Shown: one piece after another, positions 19,458 through 27,297 of the stretch | Layout of the letters: every line of letters begins with the position of its first letter | How positions within the stretch are numbered: the first letter of the stretch is position 1 | Source of the DNA: Fibrobacteria bacterium | GTDB taxonomy: Bacteria > Fibrobacterota > Fibrobacteria > UBA11236 | Reading direction: 5' to 3' | NCBI GenBank assembly: GCA_041746255.1 | Contig: JBGTHM010000034.1 | Coordinates: 1-64,000, forward strand | Length of the DNA: 64,000 bases | Program-made: the position numbers and the translations under genes | The notes under the pieces: generated by a model | What the model was told of the DNA's origin: nothing | The model's database searches: none | What the model saw: the letters and a program-made list of their open reading frames with translations, nothing else

Positions 19458-19901
19458 TTAATCCGTTTGGGAGCCGTAATAGCGGCCGGGGCGGAAGCGC
19501 TCGTCCAGGCTTTTTTTACCCGGGCCGATAAATATGAGGCTGAGGAAGACTATCGCCATCTTCAAGGCATGCGACGCGGCGGGCCAACCGGAATCGGCGC
19601 CCAGGGTTTTGACCGTGGCCACCACCATGACGATGAACAGCAGGAGGCATGCCGGGCGGAAGAAAAAACCCAGCATAAGTAACAGGCCTCCGAAAACCTC
19701 GGTGAAGGCCGCCATAAACCCCCACACCGCCGGGGCGAATCCCAGCCCGAATACATCCATGGCTCCGCCCACGGCCGCCCATCTTTCCGGGCCTCCCATG
19801 AGTTTGGGCCAGCCGTGGATGAAAATGAAGGTCAGCCCCAGCCCGATTCGCAAAAGCAATAATCCACCGTTTCGGTATCTGTCCAATCGTTGCAAAACCA
19901 T
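19458..19901 (-). CDS. DoxX family membrane protein
   Basis: LLLRIGLG...HGWPKL, EVFGGLLLMLG and GPGKKSLD. Confidence 0.92.
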   Translation of the reverse strand: MVLQRLDRYRNGGLLLLRIGLGLTFIFIHGWPKLMGGPERWAAVGGAMDVFGLGFAPAVWGFMAAFTEVFGGLLLMLGFFFRPACLLLFIVMVVATVKTLGADSGWPAASHALKMAIVFLSLIFIGPGKKSLDERFRPGRYYGSQTD

Positions 19902-20058
19902 GTTTTTCTCCGAATTTTAGGCATTCTGGCGCGTTCCCGCGCTCCAGCGATATAATAGATACAATACGAGACGCCTTTCGTCCGGTAGCCTGGATTTTTC
20001 CTCTTTTGGCTTGGCGATTTACGGACAAGGTTTGTTTCTTAGGGCTGGAGGTGCGGTT

Positions 20059-21135
20059 ATGATCCGGGAGTTATCGACAGGTTGGGGTAAAGCATTCGGT
20101 GCCGCTGGAGTGGTGGCCGCGCTTTGCCTGACGGCCTGCGAGGACAAGGATAGGGCTTTCATCGAACCGCCCGCGCCTGCGGGTCCGGCGCAAGTCGTTC
20201 CGCGCGCGCAGCCGGTAAAATCGTTCGGCATATACCAGTGGAACAAGCAAACCAATTATGAACAGGGGCTCATGGAGGAGATAGGTACCATCGGGATTAC
20301 CCCCTCCTATGCCATGTATTTCATCGACAGGAATATGGCCTTCCCCGCGCAAATCGTGAAGTTCAACGCCACCCGCAACATCCGCACCATCGTGACCCAG
20401 GAGCTGTGCACTTATGGGGGGAACAATTTTCAGGTACTGGATTCGATTCTGGCCGGCGAATGGGATGACTACTTCCGCGACATCGCCCGCTCCGCCAAAA
20501 AATTCGGCGGGCCCGTCTACTACCGCTTCGGATACGAGATGAACGGAGACTGGGTAGCCTGGGGCGAGCAGCCGGAGAAATTCGTGCAGGTATGGCGCCG
20601 GACCCATGATTTGTTCAAGGAAGAAGGCGCTGCTAACGTAAGATGGATTTTCAGTCCCAATGTGATATGGGAAGGGCGTACCTTCGAGCAGGACATTCTG
20701 CCCTACTATCCCGGCGATGCCTTCGTCGATATCGTGGGATTGGACGGGTATAATTTCGGAGATAACCATTCGCGCTTCCATAAATGGCGGACCTTCGAGG
20801 AGGTTTTCGGCGCCTCGATACGCGGCATGAAGAAGTATTTTCCGCACAAGACCTTTTGGATAGCGGAAATCGGCTGCGCCGAAGGTCCCGGAAAAGCCGA
20901 ATGGATTCAAGACTTCTTCGCCTATTTCAACAAAGACCCCGATGTGAAGGTTTTCATCTGGTTCAACGAAGACAAGCAATATGCCGGGGAGCCGAATTGG
21001 CGCATCGACAGCGATATGGTTTCGTTGGATCGTTTTCGGCGTTGGGCCATCCACAGCAATTCCATCACTTCGTTTGCCCTACCGATGGACCAGGGATACG
21101 GCCCGCAAAGAATGCTCCGTCCGAAAACGTTGTAA
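20059..21135 (+). CDS. Glycoside hydrolase family 26 lipoprotein (beta-mannanase-like)
   Basis: Lipobox LTAC, RFGYEMNGDW (acid/base), YYPGDAFVDIVGLDGYN and WIAEIG (nucleophile). Confidence 0.88.
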   Translation: MIRELSTGWGKAFGAAGVVAALCLTACEDKDRAFIEPPAPAGPAQVVPRAQPVKSFGIYQWNKQTNYEQGLMEEIGTIGITPSYAMYFIDRNMAFPAQIVKFNATRNIRTIVTQELCTYGGNNFQVLDSILAGEWDDYFRDIARSAKKFGGPVYYRFGYEMNGDWVAWGEQPEKFVQVWRRTHDLFKEEGAANVRWIFSPNVIWEGRTFEQDILPYYPGDAFVDIVGLDGYNFGDNHSRFHKWRTFEEVFGASIRGMKKYFPHKTFWIAEIGCAEGPGKAEWIQDFFAYFNKDPDVKVFIWFNEDKQYAGEPNWRIDSDMVSLDRFRRWAIHSNSITSFALPMDQGYGPQRMLRPKTL

Positions 21136-21161
21136 AAAAATCTTGTGGAAAAAGGGGTGAG

Positions 21162-22733
21162 TCAACCGGCGTGATACGGGCGCAACAAGTCGTTCACGGT
21201 TTTCACCGGATTGAAAATCTCCACGGGTATCTCCACGAAAACCGTATTCCAAAAAGCCATGGATCCGTTCCACAGCCCGGGCAATTCCAGGGCTTTCAAT
21301 TCCTGGCCGTCTTTGGATTTAACGGAAATGAAGGCCGAGTCGGGATCGCGAAAGTCCAATAGTCGAAAAGCTTTTCCCTGCCGGTCGCGTAGTCCGCAGA
21401 CGATATCGACGGGGTTGAAGTGGGTGGCGGATTCGGCAATGCGCATTTGTGCTTCGGAAGTGGAATCGAATTGCGAGCTTTCCACGATTTGCACGCTGGA
21501 TCCGCCGTCGTCATCGCTGACCCAGAAGGGGCCCCCTCCCGGCTCTCCCTGGTTTTTCACCATGCCGCAAACGCGCAGGGGGCGATGCAATAGTTTTTTG
21601 AAGTGGGTGCGTTTTTCCTGCGCGGTCGCTTGCCGAGCCCCCGGCGAGAGTTCCGCTCCGAGGTTTTTCGTGATAAATTTCTCAATTTCGGATAATTTGG
21701 CTTCGGAAACCGGAATTCCGGTTTGCTCCAAGGTTTCAAGATGGACGAAGATTTGCTTTTGTAGCGAAATCAGTAATCCTCCCATGGCCTTGCGATAGCG
21801 GATGCCCTCCTGATGAAATTTCTCCGGAACCACATTGTCGATATTTTTGAGAAAGACGATGTCTCCCTGCAGGTCTTGCAGGTTTTCCAACAAGGCGCCA
21901 TGCCCACCGGGACGGAAAACCAAGGAGCCGTTCTTATCGTGGAAGGGACGGTTTTCGGAGTCGGCGGCGATGGTATCGGTTGCAGGCTTTTGCATGGAGA
22001 AGGAGACATGGAAGCGAGTCCGTTTTTCTTGCAAGGTGTCGAGGGCTTGCCGGACATAGGACTCGATGCGCTCGCGATGTTCGGGGGAGACGGTAAAGTG
22101 CAGTTTGCATTCGCCTTTTTCGTCGCGGATGAATCCGACGGCTTCGACGAGATGTTCGTCCAGCGGGGTGCGCGACCTATCGGGATATCGATGGAATTCG
22201 ATAAGCGCTTTGGGAAGCGCGGCATAATCCAACCCTTGGTCGGTCAGCAAACCCTCAAGAATTGGCCTGCCCCGGCCTTCGGCCAGGCAAGCGCCCAGAT
22301 TTTCACCGGCTTGCGCGAGGCGGTTGCGCAGGGTTTCGTAAAAGGCGAAGCGGTGGAGGTTGCTTAGAAAAACCAATCCCGCTTCGGCATCTTTATTTCC
22401 GGATTGCGCGGCTTTCTTGATGTCTGGAATGGAGGTTAAATCCTCTGTCAGTAAAGCCAACAACGATTTGAACATGCGCGAGGAAGCGCCGGAGGCGGGA
22501 ACGAATTTGGAAGCGCGACCTTGGCTCATGGCCTCGTCATAGATGGGGGTTAAGTCTTCGATTTTTTGGGAATCGAGGGCGACAATACCGTCTCCCAACG
22601 TACACGCTCGGGCCAACCGCGCGGGGGGCATACCGCGTGCGAAAAGCTTGAGTTGTTCTTTTACTGCTTGCGGCGATTTACCCTGATCCGCGATTTGCCG
22701 CTCATCTTCGGGTGAAAGGGTAACGTTTGACAT
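21162..22733 (-). CDS. DUF4301 family protein
   Basis: KFVPASGASSRMFK, FRPGGHGALL, KNIDNV, GEPGGGPFWV, THFNPVD and ELPGLWNGSMA. Confidence 0.9.
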   Translation of the reverse strand: MSNVTLSPEDERQIADQGKSPQAVKEQLKLFARGMPPARLARACTLGDGIVALDSQKIEDLTPIYDEAMSQGRASKFVPASGASSRMFKSLLALLTEDLTSIPDIKKAAQSGNKDAEAGLVFLSNLHRFAFYETLRNRLAQAGENLGACLAEGRGRPILEGLLTDQGLDYAALPKALIEFHRYPDRSRTPLDEHLVEAVGFIRDEKGECKLHFTVSPEHRERIESYVRQALDTLQEKRTRFHVSFSMQKPATDTIAADSENRPFHDKNGSLVFRPGGHGALLENLQDLQGDIVFLKNIDNVVPEKFHQEGIRYRKAMGGLLISLQKQIFVHLETLEQTGIPVSEAKLSEIEKFITKNLGAELSPGARQATAQEKRTHFKKLLHRPLRVCGMVKNQGEPGGGPFWVSDDDGGSSVQIVESSQFDSTSEAQMRIAESATHFNPVDIVCGLRDRQGKAFRLLDFRDPDSAFISVKSKDGQELKALELPGLWNGSMAFWNTVFVEIPVEIFNPVKTVNDLLRPYHAG

Positions 22734-22736
22734 CAA

Positions 22737-23108
22737 TTACACATCGAGATGGTTTTTGGATTCGAAAACCACATCGCCCGGCTCTTCGCCGGCATTTATC
22801 CGGGCCTCTTCCCGTTTTTTCAACATTCGATCGGCCAGCAGTGAATCTTGCAGCTTACCCAGCAAGGCAATAAAAAATCCCATTGCAATCCGCGTAAGCG
22901 TCCAGTTACGCCGGAAAAGCGATATGAGGAAAAAAGAGCCGGTGGCGATAAGCCCGCCCAAAACCCAGTTTTTCGGGCTTTTCCGGCCTGATTCGGCAAA
23001 GCGATGCTGGGCCTCGCGTAGGCTCTCGGAGGCGGCTTCGGTGCGCGGACCTTCTTTCAAAAGGGGACGGGTTCCGTCTTGGTCAAGCTGGTCAGTTGTT
23101 TTATCCAT
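22737..23108 (-). CDS. Hypothetical membrane protein (2 TM)
   Basis: ORF with two hydrophobic segments, abutting the DUF4301 gene. Confidence 0.55.
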   Translation of the reverse strand: MDKTTDQLDQDGTRPLLKEGPRTEAASESLREAQHRFAESGRKSPKNWVLGGLIATGSFFLISLFRRNWTLTRIAMGFFIALLGKLQDSLLADRMLKKREEARINAGEEPGDVVFESKNHLDV

Positions 23109-23235
23109 ACTTCCGCCCTTCAGGCTCAATCGGCAGAGGCGCCGTGGGTATGGGGTTAAGATAATTTATTGGCGGAGGGGGTAACAAGCTTGGGTGGGAG
23201 GGTCCAATGGCGGAGGATTGGGTGGCTGGATTTTA

Positions 23236-23538
23236 TCATGGGTGTGGGGTAATCGCTATGATAGTCAAAACACCTTTCCCAGGACCATAGTGCCAGAAAA
23301 CCCGATAGGCTCCTGGAGTCTTGTTTTGCACGTAGGCTTCAAAAACTTTTTCGCCCTCAGGTCCTTTTAACGAAGTGTATTCATGCGTTTTCAATGAGGG
23401 ATGACGAAGGTTTACTTCCATCAAACCCAAGGTTTTTCGGACAGCCTTGAGTACCGCAACCTTGGACTTATCCTTTTCCAATTGCCGATAATGGGCAGCC
23501 GCAGGCTCGGTGAAAAGGAGCCGGAAATGAGAATCCAC
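23236..23538 (-). CDS. RelE/ParE-fold-like putative toxin
   Basis: 100-aa basic protein with RHPSLKTH, AYRVFWHYGP and ITPHP, directly downstream of an AbrB-like gene. Confidence 0.6.
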   Translation of the reverse strand: MDSHFRLLFTEPAAAHYRQLEKDKSKVAVLKAVRKTLGLMEVNLRHPSLKTHEYTSLKGPEGEKVFEAYVQNKTPGAYRVFWHYGPGKGVLTIIAITPHP

Positions 23539-23547
23539 CGGATACCC

Positions 23548-23793
23548 TCAGTCTTCGGTATATTTGGCGAAGGAACCCAAATCAACAGTCTTATTGGCGG
23601 CCAGACCTTTACGTACCCGGTTGAGCGCTTCCTGATTCTCATAAAGCCAGGCTTCTTTTTCCGGTATGGCGCGCATGGGTCGGAGAAGGATGTCGCCGTT
23701 CGGTTGCAGGTGCGCTTCGAATAAATGAGTGTTCTCGGAGATTAATTTTCCCAGTGAAATTCTCTTTCTGGAATCGACTTCGAGTAATGGCAT
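23548..23793 (-). CDS. AbrB/MazE-like putative antitoxin
   Basis: EVDSRKRISLGK...NGDILLRP swapped-hairpin pattern, 81 aa, upstream of the toxin. Confidence 0.65.
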   Translation of the reverse strand: MPLLEVDSRKRISLGKLISENTHLFEAHLQPNGDILLRPMRAIPEKEAWLYENQEALNRVRKGLAANKTVDLGSFAKYTED

Positions 23794-23819
23794 TTCGGCC
23801 CCCTTCTGCTAAGAATATA

Positions 23820-23852
23820 CCCTTTTACCCCAAAAGGGCAATTAGGTAATTG
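23820..23852. promoter_or_regulatory. Two adjacent inverted repeats upstream of the TA pair (putative autoregulatory operator)
   Basis: CCCTTTT-ACCCC-AAAAGGG and CAATTA-GG-TAATTG. Confidence 0.5.
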
Positions 23853-23918
23853 GGATAATACGCAGTTTCGAGCTGAGCCTTCCGATATTGGGTTTTTGGA
23901 AGGATTGAGTAGGTTTTT

Positions 23919-25898
23919 TTACAAGTTTCCCGCGGATTGCCCGCTCCCGCCCGTGCCCACCTTGGGCCGGTCGCAGGTGATTTTCTGCAGGGACTGCCAT
24001 TTATCCCTTTGCGCCTGCAGTGCCTGAAAGCCCTCTCGCTTCCGCTGGAAAAAGCGGTCGCGCAGACTTTCGCCCCCGATCCTTCTTTGCAAAAAGTTGA
24101 GATTGGGGTGGTTTTCGAATAGGCTGTCGAGATAGATGGCGCTGTAATCGCGCGAGGGAAGGGGAGGGTGCAAAGGTTCCAAGGTCAGGCGTAATTCCGT
24201 TTGCAAGGAATCGAGTTCTTCGCAGCGTCCACGTCCCAATGACGCGTACAGCAGGGTTTCCCAATTTCCGAGGTTTTCGGGAAAGCGGCGAGTCAGCTTA
24301 CGCGCACGCTCGAAGGACATGGTATAATCGCCCAATTCCAATTCGATTTTCGCGAGGATGAATTGGGACAAGGGCGGGTTGGGAGCGAAGCGATCGGCGA
24401 ACTCAAGGTGTTGCAAAGCTTCTTGAAACCTACCGAATCCCGAAAGAATGAGGATGTAATCGTAATTGGCCTGCCCGTGCCGGGGATTGATGGCCATGGC
24501 CTTGATGGTACGGTTGGTGAACTCGCGTGCGTTATTCGCAAAATGGGTTTTAGCCTGGTGATAAAAGTAGTCGGCGCGTAATTCACGAACATATTGAGAC
24601 GAGTGGTAGGTGCCGTATGCGACAAGCGCCATCAAGGTGGCAAGGGCCGCGAAACGGCCGGTCCGCGTTTCGATGGTCGTTTCCTTTTTCTTTTCCCACA
24701 GCGACCAACCATATCCGATGAGCAGCCAGTAGAAGAGCTTGGGCGCTATATGGGAGCCGGCATCGCCCACCATCAAGGCTGCGGAAAGTCCAATGAGGGC
24801 ATAGAAGGCATATTTGGCGGGAAGGGATTCCCGCTTCAGGTAGGCATGGCCCAAGCTGATAAGGGCCGCGATAAGCAGGCCGATTTCCAGGGAGAGTCCC
24901 ACTGCGCCTTTCTCCGCGAGGATACGGAGGTAATGACTGAAGGCATTGGCCTCCGGGCCGAAAGGATTGGGCAGGGAGTTACTCAAAGCGCTACGGAATT
25001 CGAGCGCGGCGAAGGCGAAGCTGCCGGTTCCGGATCCGAACCAGGGGTGGGCGAGGAAGATTTGTCCGGCCGCGCGCCAGTTTTCCCAGGGCATTCCCAT
25101 CTCCGGAGCTACGGGAAAAAATATTTTCACGACATTGTCGAAGGAATTGCTGGGCAAGAGCGAGAGGAATGCGCCTACGCACCAAGCGATACCGGCGGCC
25201 AACAGCAACTTGGCTGCATGGGGTTTTTTCGCATGGGGGTTGAGCGAGAGGATGATTAGCGGTAAGAGGCTGACCAGCAATCCCAGGTGCGCGCCGCGGG
25301 CGTTTACGAGAAACAGGGAGTAAAAGGTGAGGAGAAGGGAAAGGTAGATGAAGAAGCGAACGGGCGCCCAATGCAAGTGGTCGCCTTCGATGAGGTAGAA
25401 GTGATAGTAGACGGCGCATACCAAGATGGCGCCATACGCATGCGGGCTTGAGAAAAAGGATGCGGGACTTCCTGTCCAATCGGTGCTGCCGAGATGCGCG
25501 AATGCGAGCATGTCCCAAAATCCGCGTAGCATTACGACCATCAAGGCGAGGAGAACCAATTGATGAATAATTTTGAGGGGACGGCCATATCCCAATAAAA
25601 AAGCGAAAAGGATCACAAACAGGGAAAGCGCTTCGCCGTGGTGGGGTTGCAGGGAGGTCAGGTTCCAGAAAGAGTAGGCCCAATAGAAGGCGAAGGGCAC
25701 CAGCGCCGTGGTGAAAGTAAAACCTTGGATTTGTACCACCCAAAGCGCCAGCAGGCCCACGAAAAGGAGGAGTGGCTTTAGGGCTTCACCTTGGGAGAAA
25801 AAGGGCGTGAATGCCAGGAGGGCGATAAGGACGAGTCCTTGCAGAACGGGAGAAGCTGCCTGCTCGAAGCGGAGCAGGGCGGTGGGGGAGACGCGCAT
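23919..25898 (-). CDS. O-antigen-ligase (Wzy_C) family protein with a C-terminal TPR-like region; PglL-like O-oligosaccharyltransferase candidate
   Basis: About 12 TM helices, NARGA, WRAAGQIFLAHPWFGSGTGSF and AFSHYLRILAEKGAVG, with a helical C-terminus. Confidence 0.7.
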   Translation of the reverse strand: MRVSPTALLRFEQAASPVLQGLVLIALLAFTPFFSQGEALKPLLLFVGLLALWVVQIQGFTFTTALVPFAFYWAYSFWNLTSLQPHHGEALSLFVILFAFLLGYGRPLKIIHQLVLLALMVVMLRGFWDMLAFAHLGSTDWTGSPASFFSSPHAYGAILVCAVYYHFYLIEGDHLHWAPVRFFIYLSLLLTFYSLFLVNARGAHLGLLVSLLPLIILSLNPHAKKPHAAKLLLAAGIAWCVGAFLSLLPSNSFDNVVKIFFPVAPEMGMPWENWRAAGQIFLAHPWFGSGTGSFAFAALEFRSALSNSLPNPFGPEANAFSHYLRILAEKGAVGLSLEIGLLIAALISLGHAYLKRESLPAKYAFYALIGLSAALMVGDAGSHIAPKLFYWLLIGYGWSLWEKKKETTIETRTGRFAALATLMALVAYGTYHSSQYVRELRADYFYHQAKTHFANNAREFTNRTIKAMAINPRHGQANYDYILILSGFGRFQEALQHLEFADRFAPNPPLSQFILAKIELELGDYTMSFERARKLTRRFPENLGNWETLLYASLGRGRCEELDSLQTELRLTLEPLHPPLPSRDYSAIYLDSLFENHPNLNFLQRRIGGESLRDRFFQRKREGFQALQAQRDKWQSLQKITCDRPKVGTGGSGQSAGNL

Positions 25899-26005
25899 TC
25901 ACTTAGTATAGCGCCTTCGGGGCCGGGAGGGAATGGGGAGGAGGCCTTGGGAGAGCGAGGGTTTGGGGGATTGGATACGGAAGTAAGAGACGCAACGTTC
26001 GAAGA

Positions 26006-27250
26006 TCAATCGGCAGGGAACATCCACCCGAAGGGAAGTGCGCATTCGCCTTCACCGATAACACGGGCCTCGGCGCCACCGTGTAGAATTACGCTGCGTA
26101 CGAGGTCCTGTTTACTGCCTAAAGCATGGCGAAAGGCGCGTAATCCGGACGCATCCCGGGATTGCACGGAGCCCGAAGCTTTGATTTCCACTGCGACCAG
26201 TTTTCCATTCTTTTCCAGGATAAAGTCAACCTCGTCTCCCACTCGATTTCTCCAGTAATAGACTCGCCGACGGGCGGGTTCGAGACTTCGCCAACTCTGG
26301 AGCGTTTGAAATACCGCCTGCTCCAGCCAATAGCCGATATCCACTCTTCTTTCCAATGCGTCAAGGGAATCGATACCCGCAAGCCATGCGGCCAACCCAC
26401 AGTCGTTCCAAAATAATTTCCGGGCCTTGACCAATGAGCCCACGGGATTAGTGCTGTACACGGGAAGTCGGCTCACCTGATAGCCTACTTCCAACAGGTT
26501 CATATACCGATGGACGGTGGGTTGCGGAAACTCGCAATCGCGGGCCAAGTCGGATTGGTTTAGAATCTTGGCGACGCGGTTGGCGGAAAGCCGCATGAGA
26601 CGCTGGAAGTTGGCAAGATTTTCAATATTCGCGAGCTGCCGCAAATCTCTTTCCAAATAAGTTTGCACATAGCCGGAAAACCATAAATCGCGGTCTTCGT
26701 CCCGGATGGATAAAGCCGGAGCGAACCCTCCGCGTAACAGCCATTTTTTCCAATCCCCGCTACCTGCCGGCCAATGGCTTAGCTTAAACTCCGGATTGAA
26801 CAATCTATCCAAAGGGGCCAAGTCCCTCTCTGCGGTCGATTTCCATTCCACCGGGCAGAAGGGAGGCAATTCGAGATAGAACGCCCTGCCGGCCAAGGAC
26901 TCCGATACCGTTTTCATCAGCGAGAGATTGGCCGACCCGGTTAAAAGCACCATCCCGGGTTTCCGCTCCTGATCGACCTTTTCCTTAACGGCCAGCAGAA
27001 GACCCGGCTCCCGCTGGACCTCATCCAAGGTTACAGGTAGGTCTTCCAACAGCCCTAGAGGGTAGGATTTCGCCTGTTCGAGGATTTCGAGGCGGTCCAA
27101 TGTGAAGTAGCGTCTCCCGGACTCTTGATGCAGGTCCCGCACCAAGGTGGTTTTACCGGATTGCCGGGCACCGGTTACAACTACCACCGGCATGGTGCCT
27201 AACGCCCTTTCTAGCAGAGGGGCCTGGGTGCGGGGGGTAAACTTATTCAT
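26006..27250 (-). CDS. AAA_14 ATPase + DUF4143 protein (ATPase-HTH-PD-(D/E)XK), copy 1
   Basis: Walker A GARQSGKT, Walker B LDEVQ, ESLAGR, YLERDL and EVDFILE...VEIKAS. Confidence 0.9.
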   Translation of the reverse strand: MNKFTPRTQAPLLERALGTMPVVVVTGARQSGKTTLVRDLHQESGRRYFTLDRLEILEQAKSYPLGLLEDLPVTLDEVQREPGLLLAVKEKVDQERKPGMVLLTGSANLSLMKTVSESLAGRAFYLELPPFCPVEWKSTAERDLAPLDRLFNPEFKLSHWPAGSGDWKKWLLRGGFAPALSIRDEDRDLWFSGYVQTYLERDLRQLANIENLANFQRLMRLSANRVAKILNQSDLARDCEFPQPTVHRYMNLLEVGYQVSRLPVYSTNPVGSLVKARKLFWNDCGLAAWLAGIDSLDALERRVDIGYWLEQAVFQTLQSWRSLEPARRRVYYWRNRVGDEVDFILEKNGKLVAVEIKASGSVQSRDASGLRAFRHALGSKQDLVRSVILHGGAEARVIGEGECALPFGWMFPAD

Positions 27251-27290
27251 TGCGTGAATAAATTCTATTCATCCGGTGAATAGAATGCAA
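27243..27290 (-). promoter_or_regulatory. Promoter overlapped by two TATTCA-N5-TGAATA palindromes
   Basis: TTGCAT-17-TAGAAT on the minus strand. Palindromes at 27243-27261 and 27262-27286 have centres 22 bp apart; the first covers the ATG. Confidence 0.7.
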
Positions 27291-27297
27291 GGTTTTT

